From positions 1 to 60,588 of the forward strand of contig JBAXKX010000001.1 of assembly GCA_037135115.1 (NCBI GenBank): 60,588 nucleotides of DNA. The letters run 5' to 3'. This DNA is from Rhodospirillaceae bacterium. GTDB lineage: Bacteria > Pseudomonadota > Alphaproteobacteria > Azospirillales > Azospirillaceae. The position numbers and the translations under genes were made by a program. This document shows, piece by piece, positions 1 through 9,217 of the stretch (positions are counted from its first letter, which is position 1; every line of letters begins with the position of its first letter). The notes below the pieces were generated by a model, which was not told the DNA's origin, searched no databases, and worked only from the letters and a program-made list of their open reading frames with translations.

Positions 1-51
1 TATAGGAGCAGGACCCTCTCATCGTCAGCTGTCCGAAAATTGGGGACCACC

Positions 52-549
52 TCATTCATTGCATTCACCGTCACCTGACAAGACAATTACACGGTGCTTT
101 TTACTGGCAAGTTTCGCGGCATACGCCATTCCACAGGCCACCGGCAAGCCGTGACCCAAGGACCCAGTTGATAATTCAATACCGGGCGCGGCGCGATGAC
201 ACATATGGCCGCACAATGACGAATTGTCTTGATAGAAGGTGTCAAGCACCGACTCGGGGAAAAAGCCGCGCGCGGCCAGCACGGCATAGACTCCCGCGCA
301 AGCGTGCCCCTTGCTCATGATAAAGCGATCCCGGTCCGGCTTTTTCGGTGCGCTCGGCTCGACGTTTAGTATTCTGCCATAAAGCACCGCGATAATGTCA
401 GCGGCCGAGAACACGGAACCAATGTGTGAAGCTCCGCCACGGCTGACCATATGTAAGGCAAGCAACCGTATTTGATGTGCTAGCGCGTGGGTATTAACGC
501 CATCAGCGTCATCTGCACAATCGGGGGTTGTCACCCCCCCCCCACACAC
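52..549 (-). pseudogene. transketolase N-terminal (TPP-binding) subunit, truncated fragment
   Basis: The ORF carries split-transketolase N-subunit motifs (GASHIGSVFSAADIIAVLY, FIMSKGHA, STGSLGHGLPVACGMA, VLSGDGECNE). It hits TGA three codons after GDGE, where family members normally continue about 100 aa (EG..WEA...). The remaining 51 nt to the window edge do not continue the family in any frame. The start region contains a G10 tract. Confidence 0.5.
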
Positions 550-551
550 AC
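534..551. repeat. C10 homopolymer followed by (AC)4; on the minus/coding strand this reads (GT)4 then G10
   Basis: Read directly: tcaCCCCCCCCCCacacacac. It covers codons 2-6 of the longest ORF 52..549 (GTG TGT GGG GGG GGG GTG). Confidence 0.95.
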
Positions 552-825
552 GCGCTTACATCCACAATGCTGCGCCATGAAACCTCGATAAACCTACTAG
601 TTATTTTATCAGTGCATTATTCTAATCATACCAGATAGGTATCTCGCGATGGAAAAATCTTTGCTAATTTCCGCACATTGGAAACGCCCAGCCTTGATCC
701 ATTAAGTTCGAATGTATCGCTTCCGCCGTCGCGGTGGGTGGTGTACAAAGATTTGTGCTGTTTATGAGGTTTCCGGTAAAATTATGGCATGTCGATGTCG
801 CGGCGATCAATAGGAAAAGAACGGA

Positions 826-1209
826 ATGAAAAATTGGCTGAATTTTTTCTTTGGCATAACCGCCTCTTTGCTGATGATGAGCGTCGGTGGTAGAGCTTTC
901 TCCGACGAGCTTGCCATGGGTGAAAAGGTTTTCAAAAGATATTGTCTCGCCTGTCACGCATTGCCAAGCCAAAAAACCAACCACGTTGGACCGAACCTTC
1001 ATGGTGTGGTTGGGAGAGCGGTCGGACAGGTGCCTGATTTCAGCTACTCGTCCGCCAATACGGCATCACACTTTATCTGGACCGAAGAAAATTTGAATTC
1101 GTATTTGGTCGATCCAAGGATATTCGTGCTCGGTACCAAAATGATTTTTCCAGGTATTAAGAGCGCCATAGAACGCAAAGCGCTTATCGCCTTCCTTAAG
1201 GCCAACTGA
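826..1209 (+). CDS. secreted class I c-type cytochrome (cytochrome c2/c550-like)
   Basis: N-terminal signal peptide, a single CLACH haem-binding motif and distal Met context GTKMIFPGIK. The 3' end overlaps the convergent sugar transferase by 14 nt. Confidence 0.85.
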   Translation: MKNWLNFFFGITASLLMMSVGGRAFSDELAMGEKVFKRYCLACHALPSQKTNHVGPNLHGVVGRAVGQVPDFSYSSANTASHFIWTEENLNSYLVDPRIFVLGTKMIFPGIKSAIERKALIAFLKAN

Positions 1210-2008
1210 CAGGAGCGGAGAGGGGGATCGGAGGGGTGACCGCCCGCAGGGGCTGGTCGCGCCGAGCGACCATGACCAAATCATCTGGAGCGTCGAGTCG
1301 GCGTAGAAGCCAGGACAACCCTCGCAACCCCAGTGGGCGCCAAACGCACACGGCTATGGTCAGGACAATCAGAGCGAGGTCCAGCCCGACCGAGCGCACA
1401 GTCACATAATAAAGCCCCAGTCCGCTTTTCCACGGTCTGATCAACAGGTCATAGTCACGGTCGGGGTCATCGGAGTATCGCAGGATGGCCGACTCGTCGG
1501 CAAAGACGATGGAAGCGAAATCGGTCATTCCCGGCCGTAAAGCCAACAGCCCGCGTTCAGCCTCGGTATAGCGTTGGACCTCCGATTCGATCTGGGGGCG
1601 AGGACCGACCAGTGCCATGTCTCCAACCAAAATGTTCCACAATTGCGGCAGCTCATCCAGTTTGTTGGCCCTTAGCCACCGGCCGACTCGGGTCAAGCGC
1701 GGGTCATCCGCAGCGGTCGAATTAGTCCCACAGCGACCGGTGCCAACCACCATGGTTCGCAGCTTGACCAGCCGAAAAGGTAGCCCATCTTTACCCACGC
1801 GAGCCTGAAAGAACAGCGGCGCACCACCATCACTAAACCAGACCGCAACCATCGCAGCCGCCAAGACCGGTGCGCACACTGTCAACCCAACGAATGCGGC
1901 CGCGACATCGAAAGACCGGCGGAATTCCAGGGTGGATACTTTGGCATCATTAGCTCGCGCGGTGGTTGCGTCAATATGCCGTCCCGCTATCCATGCGAAC
2001 TTCATCAT
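1196..2008 (-). CDS. undecaprenyl-phosphate sugar phosphotransferase (bacterial sugar transferase family, initiating enzyme of polysaccharide synthesis)
   Basis: One TM helix followed by PLFFQARVGKDGLPFRLVKLRTM ... DPRLTRVGRWLRANKLDELPQLWNILVGDMALVGPRP, the hallmark of WbaP-C/PssY-type transferases. Confidence 0.85.
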   Translation of the reverse strand: MMKFAWIAGRHIDATTARANDAKVSTLEFRRSFDVAAAFVGLTVCAPVLAAAMVAVWFSDGGAPLFFQARVGKDGLPFRLVKLRTMVVGTGRCGTNSTAADDPRLTRVGRWLRANKLDELPQLWNILVGDMALVGPRPQIESEVQRYTEAERGLLALRPGMTDFASIVFADESAILRYSDDPDRDYDLLIRPWKSGLGLYYVTVRSVGLDLALIVLTIAVCVWRPLGLRGLSWLLRRLDAPDDLVMVARRDQPLRAVTPPIPLSAPVSWP

Positions 2009-2200
2009 ATCCTATCCTCGAAGAATCACAAGGTTTCCTAATTCCCCTGATTACTACGTCCTTATTCTTAACATGTTTAATTGAGAGCGCCAATAAGGAA
2101 ATGCGCGCTATTGTAAAAATCTCAAATCGGTTGACCGTCACGGGATTCTCCTTTATTCTTCTATAGCGATATCGTCGTTGGTCAGGGGAGGATGGAAGCC

Positions 2201-3070
2201 ATGATGGCGCTTTTGCGTGGTTTCGCCGCGCTTTTAGTCCTGCTGGCGGGACAGCTCGTCGCTGGTCCGGCCGCCGCACAAGCTGTCGCCCGGATTTCCG
2301 ATGAGGTTCACGGCAGTATTATCGCAGCGGTACGCGATGGAAATTCCATGGCGATTGGCGTTTTGATCTCAAAGAATCCATTACTGGCAGCCGCAATTGC
2401 CGGGGCAGCGACGTCAGCGGCTCAGGCGATCGAGACCGCTGATCCCGGCCGTGCGGCTGCGATGGCGCAAATGATGGTCGCGGTCGCCGCCAGTGCGTCC
2501 AGAACTGTCCCGGATCAAGCTGCGGCGATCGCCGCCGCCGTCTCTGTTGGGTTTCCGCGACAGGCCATGGACATCGCGTCGGCCGTCGCCACCGCCGTGC
2601 CGGCTCAGGCTACCACTATCGCGTCCGCTGTCGCCACTGCCGTGCCGGTTCAAGCTACCGTCATCGCGTCGGCTGTCGCCACTGCCGTGCCGGCTCAGGC
2701 TACCACCATCGCGTCGGCCGTCGCCACCGCCGTGCCGGCTCAGGCAGGCAGTGTTGCCTACGCCGTGTCCCAGGCGGCACCTCAGCAAGCGAGCGCGGTT
2801 ATGGCCTCCGTTTCCGCCGCCACCTCGATCCCGGTTTCGGCGCTGGCGATTCAGGCCCAACAGGCGGTTCAGCAGGCACCGATAGCAGCGCTCGCTGCAC
2901 CCGCCCTGTCGCTTCCCCAGATACCCCAGATCACACAGGCCACAACCCCGCTCACCAGTACGCTGATTCCTCAGGCGCGGCAGTCGGCCGCAACACCCCA
3001 AACCAACGCCTTCGTGCCAATGATCCAGCAGCCAATGGCGGAGCACACCACGACCGGAAGCCGCGACTAA
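2201..3070 (+). CDS. secreted Ala/Gln/Pro-rich protein built of ~15-aa repeats, unknown function
   Basis: Signal peptide ...LLVLLAGQLVAGPAAAQA. A GGGGAGG Shine-Dalgarno lies 9 nt before ATG 2201, whereas the track start 2192 abuts the SD. There are four near-identical IASAVATAVPAQATT units plus degenerate flanking copies. Confidence 0.6.
   Translation: MMALLRGFAALLVLLAGQLVAGPAAAQAVARISDEVHGSIIAAVRDGNSMAIGVLISKNPLLAAAIAGAATSAAQAIETADPGRAAAMAQMMVAVAASASRTVPDQAAAIAAAVSVGFPRQAMDIASAVATAVPAQATTIASAVATAVPVQATVIASAVATAVPAQATTIASAVATAVPAQAGSVAYAVSQAAPQQASAVMASVSAATSIPVSALAIQAQQAVQQAPIAALAAPALSLPQIPQITQATTPLTSTLIPQARQSAATPQTNAFVPMIQQPMAEHTTTGSRD
2576..2746 (+). repeat. 45-bp in-frame tandem repeat, ~3.8 copies
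   Basis: Units begin at 2576, 2621, 2666 and 2711 (gcgtcggccgtcgccaccgccgtgccggctcaggctaccaccatc with a few substitutions). Confidence 0.9.
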
Positions 3071-3073
3071 GAA

Positions 3074-4177
3074 ATGAACCCCGAGACTTTCGGCGAGGGG
3101 TGGTCTAACGATGAACTGGTCCAGCGACTTGTCAACTGCGTGATACGCGATTACATGTCAGCAACTAGCAGCAATGTTGTGGTCGGCCCTCTTGAGATTC
3201 ACGATTTCTCCTTCTGCATCGGACTTGAACAACGTAACGAGCCTCAACTTTCCGGCATTTACATCAAGCTACCCAAACAAGATGTCTCGCTGTCGGATAT
3301 CAAGGACATTGGTGACCAGGACCGGATCATGGCCAGCCGCGAGTGCCACAGCCTGGAACGACTGGAGACTGATTGGCCGGACACCTTCGGCGTATCCTAT
3401 GTCCGGCTGCTCGGCTACCTGCCCGAGTTCAACGCTTTGATCACCAAACGGGCTTTTGGTCAGGATTTTTCGGTTTGGTTGAGGGGCATCGACCTCGCGC
3501 TGAAATTCGGTTACGCCCGTGATATAGAGCGTGGAATCGACGCTCTTGAGCGGTTCGGGCGCAGCTTGGCCCAGTTTCATTGGACAACCAGGCAACCGGG
3601 CCACCCTGACGCCCCCCACCCTGACGCCAATCGTCTTGCCGTCAAGCTCCAATCCTATACAACCGCGCTGGCGCGACACGGTGTCGGGCCGGCGGCGTTA
3701 GGCCGACTGTCCCGGCTCGCCGCCGAGCCGCGCCTTGAACAGGCCCTTCGGACCCAGCCTTTGTGCGATACCCTCAAGGGGCTTGACCTGCGTAATATTG
3801 TGATCGACGATCAGGGTGATCTGCACCTGTTCGACCCCGGGCGTCTGCGTCCGGATTCACCTTTTGCTGATTTTGCTCGGTTTCAGGCAACACTTAAGTT
3901 GCTGTATTGGGGGCGCCTTTCGTTCTTCGCTCGCCTGGAACCGGACCGCCGCTTTTTGGACGCGGTCTGTCGCGGTTATTTCGGGCCGGATGGCGAACCC
4001 GCCGGAACTCGCCTCCACCACCTCAAGGAATGTGCCCGTATGTGGCTGATGGCCCATACCGCGCTCGCGCTCAAGCCTTGGCCGGCGAGTTTGAAGTTCA
4101 CGCTGCGCCGCGCCTATATCGACCCCTTCTTCCAGTCGTGGCTTGGTGATCTCTCGGAGGCGTTTGAACGTGGCTGA
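3074..4177 (+). CDS. protein-kinase-like fold phosphotransferase (APH / Kdo-kinase-like), cytoplasmic
   Basis: Catalytic-loop-like segment GLDLRNIVIDDQGDLHLFDPG (D-x4-N followed by a D-x-G-type motif). It starts 4 nt after the upstream stop. There is no signal peptide. Confidence 0.45.
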   Translation: MNPETFGEGWSNDELVQRLVNCVIRDYMSATSSNVVVGPLEIHDFSFCIGLEQRNEPQLSGIYIKLPKQDVSLSDIKDIGDQDRIMASRECHSLERLETDWPDTFGVSYVRLLGYLPEFNALITKRAFGQDFSVWLRGIDLALKFGYARDIERGIDALERFGRSLAQFHWTTRQPGHPDAPHPDANRLAVKLQSYTTALARHGVGPAALGRLSRLAAEPRLEQALRTQPLCDTLKGLDLRNIVIDDQGDLHLFDPGRLRPDSPFADFARFQATLKLLYWGRLSFFARLEPDRRFLDAVCRGYFGPDGEPAGTRLHHLKECARMWLMAHTALALKPWPASLKFTLRRAYIDPFFQSWLGDLSEAFERG

Positions 4178-4880
4178 CAGCGCTGAGTATCGGGAGGAGA
4201 CGCGGGAAGCTTATCGCTCCGGCCTGCGCGTCGCCGCCTATGATCGACAACTGCGGGGCTGGACCTGGATGGGCTGGACCATGGCGCGTGAATGCCATCT
4301 AGTTGGCCGCGCCTTGCGTCGCTGCCAGTTGCCCACCAGCGCCCGAGTGCTCGACCTGCCCTGTGGCACCGGGGTTCTCGCCCAAACCTTCGCCGCCGCG
4401 CCGGTGACCGTGGTGGCCGCCGACGTCTCGTCGGAAATGCTTAGGCTGGCCCGCTCCCGCTATGCCCCGCGAAATAACACCCTGTTCGTCGCTGCCGATG
4501 CGCTGACGCCGCCGTTTCTCGCTGACACGTTTGACTGTGTGGTCGTGATCGGGTTCTTCCATCGACTGCCTGACGCCGAACGTCGGCTGGCCTTGACGGC
4601 TCTGAGGCGGTGCAGCCAGCGCTATCTTATCGCTTCGTTTTCGCTCGATGGCCCGGCCCGCCGCTTGAAACTGGGCCTGATCAAGGCGCTGCGGCCCGGC
4701 TTCCAGTCGGCGCCAGCACCGGTGAGCCTGGAGGCGCTATGGGAGGATTTTCGTGCTGTCGGATTGCGCGTGGTCGCACGCTGGGCAGTGGCCCCACCGC
4801 TATCGTCTGAAAGTGTTTTCCTGCTGGAGCGCGTCGACCCAGCGAGACCAGAGGGTGTCTCAAGGCCCCATATCCTATGA
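4170..4880 (+). CDS. class I SAM-dependent methyltransferase
   Basis: Motif I VLDLPCGTGVLAQ, then VVAADVS and FDCVVVIGFFHRL. GTG 4170 overlaps the upstream stop (GTGGCTGA), so I prefer it to the longer track start 4143. Confidence 0.75.
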   Translation: MADSAEYREETREAYRSGLRVAAYDRQLRGWTWMGWTMARECHLVGRALRRCQLPTSARVLDLPCGTGVLAQTFAAAPVTVVAADVSSEMLRLARSRYAPRNNTLFVAADALTPPFLADTFDCVVVIGFFHRLPDAERRLALTALRRCSQRYLIASFSLDGPARRLKLGLIKALRPGFQSAPAPVSLEALWEDFRAVGLRVVARWAVAPPLSSESVFLLERVDPARPEGVSRPHIL

Positions 4881-6811
4881 CCAACGTCCTGTTGTTCGAG
4901 CCGTATCTATTTGACCGTATCTATGGCAACATGCGGTACATTAAAAGTATCATTCGCTGGCATCACCGTGACCGGCATACACTACGTATCTTGTCGCCTC
5001 GTGATGTCGCTTTTCTTGGTGAGGCCCGCGACGATGGCATCGTTTGCGACGTTTTACCGCCTCCCGATATACTGCTGACCCATGGCGGGGGACTGCTCCG
5101 AGGCGTGTTCTCCCCCCTAGCGGCGGCGGCCGGCATTCTTCGCTATACCGCCGCGCTTCACGCCTATCTCAGAGCAGAGCGCTTTGACCTTGTGCAGTGC
5201 CACAGCATCCGTGCGGTGCTCACCATCGGCCTTGCCGCCCGCCTCACCGGGACCCCGATACTTTGGTACGTGAAAGGCCAACTCGCCAACCCCCTGCTCG
5301 ACGCCTTTGGCTTCGTGGTGGCGCGGCGTATTTTGTTCCAGGGCGGCGCCAACCGGGATCGCCGTTATCCCTGGCTGCGCCGTCGCTTATCCGACAAAAC
5401 CGCCATTCTCGGCAACGGCATCGATCTTGACGATGTCGCGGCGGCGGAAATGGAGGATCACACCGAGTTGCGACGAGAGCTGAATTTGCGCTCGGATCGC
5501 CTTAACGTCGTCGCGGTCGGTCAGGTCAGCCCAGCGAAGGGCCTGCACATCCTGGTTGATGCTTGTGCTCGGCTACATGGCGATGGTCGCGCCGTCGCGC
5601 TGTACGTGGTTGGGGATCATGGCATTTTGGCGTACGAGAGTTACAAGGCGGAACTCGAAGCCACGATTACGAGGCTTAGCCTCCCCGACATTCGCTTTTT
5701 GGGCTGGCGAGCCGACGTCTACCAAATCGTCGCGGTGATGGACGCTCTGATCCATCCGTCCCTGGAAGAGGGGGTACCAAAGGCCGTGATCGAGGCCATG
5801 GCTCTGGGCAAGCCCGTGATCGCAACCCGCGTCGGCAGTATCCCTGATTTGATAGAGGATGGACGCACCGGCTTGATAGTCGAGCCGAACGCACCCGACC
5901 AACTGGCCCGCGCCATGATGTCTTTGGCCGATCAGCCGGCGTCGCGCCTTCGGCTTGGACAGGCGGCGCGTGCTCATGCCTGGAACAACTGTCATATTCG
6001 CGACAACATCCAAGGCCTGGAGGGGCATTGGCATGATCTGACCCGCCGAACCTTCACTGACGTTACCGAAAGCGCGGCGGAGCCAGTCAGCCGACAGCAA
6101 CGACAACGAATGGTCCAGCGCTATATCTGGGCGCGGTCCTATTGCGAAGGGCGCGATGTTTTGGAAATCGCCTGCGGCGCGGGGTGCGGCTTAGGCATCA
6201 TCGCCGCCGTCTGCCGAACGCTGAACGCCGGCGATATAGAGCCTGACAATCTGGCCACCGCCAAGCGTGTTTACGGCGACTGGATCGCCTTCCGCCACCT
6301 GGATGCTCATGATTTGCCCTACCCGGACCGCTCACTCGACGTGGTCATCATTTTTGAGGCGTTATATTATATGGCCGACCCCGCCCGGGTCGTCGAAGAG
6401 TGCGCCCGCGTGCTGCGTCCCGGCGGTCACATCCTGATCACCACCGCCAACAAGGACCTGTATGATTTTAATCCGTGCCCCTCGGCCACCCGATATCATA
6501 ATGCCGTCGAACTGAGCGCGCTTTGCTTCCAGTACGGGCTGAGCACGCAAGTCTTTGGCGGACATCCAGTTTCCGAGTTGGGTCCTTGGCCCCGAAGGCT
6601 GCGCCCGATAAAAGCACTTGCCGCCCGGTGGGGCTTGATTCCACGTACCCTGCGCGGCAAAAGATGGCTAAAGCGGATCATCTTCGGTGCGTTGGTTCCC
6701 CTTTCGGCCAAACTTCGCGGCGACGAGGTGCCCGCAGCCGCCCTCATTCCGATCACCGGGCCGGACAGCACGCATCAAGTCATTTACGCCGTGGTGAGCA
6801 AAGCGCCATAA
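4877..6811 (+). CDS. GT4-family (GT-B) glycosyltransferase fused to a C-terminal SAM methyltransferase domain
   Basis: N-terminal half: EEGVPKAVIEAMALGKPVIATRVGSIPDLIEDGRTGLIVEP. C-terminal half: VLEIACGAGCGLG, DVVIIFEALYYM and LRPGGHILITT. There is an ATGA start/stop overlap with the upstream methyltransferase. Confidence 0.8.
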   Translation: MTNVLLFEPYLFDRIYGNMRYIKSIIRWHHRDRHTLRILSPRDVAFLGEARDDGIVCDVLPPPDILLTHGGGLLRGVFSPLAAAAGILRYTAALHAYLRAERFDLVQCHSIRAVLTIGLAARLTGTPILWYVKGQLANPLLDAFGFVVARRILFQGGANRDRRYPWLRRRLSDKTAILGNGIDLDDVAAAEMEDHTELRRELNLRSDRLNVVAVGQVSPAKGLHILVDACARLHGDGRAVALYVVGDHGILAYESYKAELEATITRLSLPDIRFLGWRADVYQIVAVMDALIHPSLEEGVPKAVIEAMALGKPVIATRVGSIPDLIEDGRTGLIVEPNAPDQLARAMMSLADQPASRLRLGQAARAHAWNNCHIRDNIQGLEGHWHDLTRRTFTDVTESAAEPVSRQQRQRMVQRYIWARSYCEGRDVLEIACGAGCGLGIIAAVCRTLNAGDIEPDNLATAKRVYGDWIAFRHLDAHDLPYPDRSLDVVIIFEALYYMADPARVVEECARVLRPGGHILITTANKDLYDFNPCPSATRYHNAVELSALCFQYGLSTQVFGGHPVSELGPWPRRLRPIKALAARWGLIPRTLRGKRWLKRIIFGALVPLSAKLRGDEVPAAALIPITGPDSTHQVIYAVVSKAP

Positions 6812-6829
6812 TGCGATAACCGCGAACGC

Positions 6830-7525
6830 CTATAACTTGGACGCGAGGGTAATTTCATGAACCTTTCCAGAGGCGTCCAGAGGTGGAAAATCCCACCCGG
6901 CGGCATGAAGATGCTCTCGTGTCCACATCGTGTAAGGCAGGCTAGCCCAATCTCGCATTTGAGCGAACCGACTGTCGAGTACATACGTTCCTTCTGCGGT
7001 ATCAATGGTCAATACCGCATGCCCAGCACCCGCCTCGGTGCGCGCCACCGCCAGGCGGAGCGCGGAACGGGGAAGTCCCAGGGCCAACAACTTTTCCATC
7101 TTACGCAATGCAATGGCCTTGCAGTCCCCCTTCGTGCGAGCGGGTTCCCAATACTGATCCTTGCCAAAGGCTTCACGGTCTGTGGTCCGGGCGATCTCCT
7201 GGTTTGTAGTGCGATTGATCTCGTTGAGACTTTCAGCCAACGCCCCGCTAACACTGACGACCGGAACAGCTTCCGAGTTCTGCGGCGATTGGCAGTACGC
7301 CGCGTGACGCCGACAGAAATCAAGATACCCCGCTGGGAAACCACCCGGCACCACCACCCCATCGGCCATCTTGGTGGATGGAGGTAACGTTCCAGTGAGC
7401 GAAGCAGTCCCGGTCAGCGGAACCGTCCCGGCACATCCAGTGCAGGTTAGGAAGACTATCAACGCGACACTGTGCTTCACCGAACCCAAAACCCGTGATG
7501 CGAACCGTGCTGCGTACATGAACAT
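6830..7525 (-). CDS. periplasmic transglutaminase-like cysteine protease (BTLCP, LapG-like, peptidase C93)
   Basis: Signal peptide, with the Cys-His-Asp triad in canonical order: GDCKAIALRK, GHAVLTIDT, VLDSRF. Confidence 0.8.
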   Translation of the reverse strand: MFMYAARFASRVLGSVKHSVALIVFLTCTGCAGTVPLTGTASLTGTLPPSTKMADGVVVPGGFPAGYLDFCRRHAAYCQSPQNSEAVPVVSVSGALAESLNEINRTTNQEIARTTDREAFGKDQYWEPARTKGDCKAIALRKMEKLLALGLPRSALRLAVARTEAGAGHAVLTIDTAEGTYVLDSRFAQMRDWASLPYTMWTREHLHAAGWDFPPLDASGKVHEITLASKL

Positions 7526-7678
7526 CTCCCCCCGGCCGACGATCTATAAAACTTATGATAATATATCACTCATTTTACCGCGAGTGCGAACACGCAGGTG
7601 TGGCAAAGCGCCGCAGCGCAACCAAACTTTCCGAGGGTGTATGGCTCACGTCAGGCGGTGCTATAGAACGCAGCCGCA

Positions 7679-8050
7679 ATGTCTGATATTGTGCTCAGTG
7701 TCGCAGCTGCAAGCCTCGCAGATCTGCAAATAGGTTTCTTGATGCGAAACGAAATGGCTTGGTCGGGTTATGCCGCAGCTGGTGATGACGAGGCTATCCG
7801 CGACCGGTTCCAGAAAGCCATGATGAGCACCCTAGAAACACTGGTCACGGCCGGAGGTGGTGATCCAGTCGGACTGGTTGGCGGAAACCGACAGCGTGCT
7901 GGTGTGCCTGCTCACTACAACCGTGCGCGACGCGCCGATATATCGGCAATGCGGGACTTATTCGGGCAGATAGTGCCTTTGGGCAGCCATGTATCGGACT
8001 CTGCATGTCACGTATCCGTATGGCAGCATTCCCTCACGGGTTACTTGTGA
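7679..8050 (+). CDS. hypothetical protein
   Basis: ORF only, in a lower-GC stretch, with no recognisable motif. Confidence 0.3.
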   Translation: MSDIVLSVAAASLADLQIGFLMRNEMAWSGYAAAGDDEAIRDRFQKAMMSTLETLVTAGGGDPVGLVGGNRQRAGVPAHYNRARRADISAMRDLFGQIVPLGSHVSDSACHVSVWQHSLTGYL

Positions 8051-8262
8051 TATCGTTGTGAAGTTCGGTCTAGGTGGATAAGACTATGGTGGAGTTCCAT
8101 GTTGAGGGCCAGTTGATACGTGAATAATCACTAAGTACAGTCCGTATCATCAATGTGATCAATGTTAAAGTAATCAGTGTGAAATCTTCGCCGCTTAGAT
8201 GGACTTGTTTCGGTCATGCCGCCACCGCATTGCTGGTGCGCCAGACAACAGGAGACCACATT

Positions 8263-8835
8263 ATGCCTGATATGAACCAGTTCCAGCGTCCTACCGGGAA
8301 TGCCGCCACCATAGTCGAAGACGTAGCGGATGTTGATGCTGGGCGATTGAATATAGCGCCCCAAGAGGTCGATCTTCAGGAAGCTTTCCTGGCGCTGCGC
8401 TGGATGTTTATTGAACAAGCGGAGCGGGCCGGTGTTACTTTGGAATTTACAGTCGGTGACGGAGCCCGAGTTGTATGGTCCGATGAGCAAGTTTTTGCTG
8501 CTATACTGATCAGCTTGGTGGATGACGCCATAAAGCGCTCATCAGGTAGCGGGAAGGTCACTGCTATGTCATTAGCTAGTTCTCGTGGTGGCGTCTATAT
8601 TTCAATTACCGATGCCGGATACCGCATTCCACCCGACACGGTTTTGTCGGTGCGCGCATCTTGTGAACGATATGAACACCGCCACCATCAGCGCGGTATG
8701 CAAACCCCCTTGTTGTTATTGGTTCAGGCGAGGATGCTGATGCACGGTGGCAGTATCCGAGTCGCTAGTCTACCGGGTGGCGGTACAGCCGTTATTCTTT
8801 ATTTTCCGCCGCAGAGTGTTTTGGTCCTGTGGTGA
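8263..8835 (+). CDS. stand-alone degenerate histidine-kinase-type ATPase domain (HATPase_c-like) lacking a DHp/H-box
   Basis: GGAG lies 8 nt before ATG 8263. N-box-like LISLVDDAIKRS (Asn replaced by Asp), G1-like ITDAGYRIP and C-terminal HGGSIRVASLPGGGTAVILYFP. The G2 box (GxGLGL) is absent (TPLLLLV). No phospho-His helix occurs upstream in any frame. Confidence 0.55.
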   Translation: MPDMNQFQRPTGNAATIVEDVADVDAGRLNIAPQEVDLQEAFLALRWMFIEQAERAGVTLEFTVGDGARVVWSDEQVFAAILISLVDDAIKRSSGSGKVTAMSLASSRGGVYISITDAGYRIPPDTVLSVRASCERYEHRHHQRGMQTPLLLLVQARMLMHGGSIRVASLPGGGTAVILYFPPQSVLVLW

Positions 8836-8884
8836 GCCGTGATGAGCCAGAAGACCTGTATCCTCTGAGAAAGAGAGGCGCGCC

Positions 8885-9169
8885 ATGGTCGCGTCATTCG
8901 AATTTGGTGGCACCCCGTCGATAGGGGCACCTTGCGAGGCGCTCGCCGACGAGATCGTCTCAAAGATACCAGAACTGGCTGAAACACGCGGACTGCCACC
9001 ACCTAGTGTTGCCGTTGCTGTGTGGCTTGCCCTTTTTTGTGACTTAGTAGGAAAGGCCAGTGAAGCCAGGATGAACGAATTGTTTGTGATGGCTCGGCGC
9101 GCAGTCGCCAAGGTTAGCGCTGGCGCTGGTGGTAATGGTCAGCATAGTCGCGGGTTGGGTAATACCTAG
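8885..9169 (+). CDS. hypothetical small helical protein
   Basis: ORF only. It is more protein-like than the overlapping antisense ORF 8770..9111. Confidence 0.3.
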   Translation: MVASFEFGGTPSIGAPCEALADEIVSKIPELAETRGLPPPSVAVAVWLALFCDLVGKASEARMNELFVMARRAVAKVSAGAGGNGQHSRGLGNT

Positions 9170-9217
9170 CCGACACGTTTTGTCACTGATAATAATGATT
9201 AACTAGCGGGGGTCGTG

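Noticed and set aside
700-720. GTTCGAA strings suggesting a tRNA T-loop, here and at about 50008-50017.
   Set aside because: No acceptor stem, D-arm or anticodon arm can be drawn around them. The second lies inside the DUF1015 CDS.
2414-3046. Long antisense or out-of-frame ORFs in the track that overlap well-supported genes. Examples: 2414..3046, 5573..6106, 24317..25111, 27493..28212, 28754..30034, 35899..36453, 39341..39877, 50729..51268, 52097..53083, 55532..56080.
   Set aside because: They lie inside genes with strong family signatures on the other strand or frame. Their translations are Arg/Gly/Pro/His-rich and low in complexity, typical of shadow ORFs in high-GC DNA. No RBS or motif supports them.
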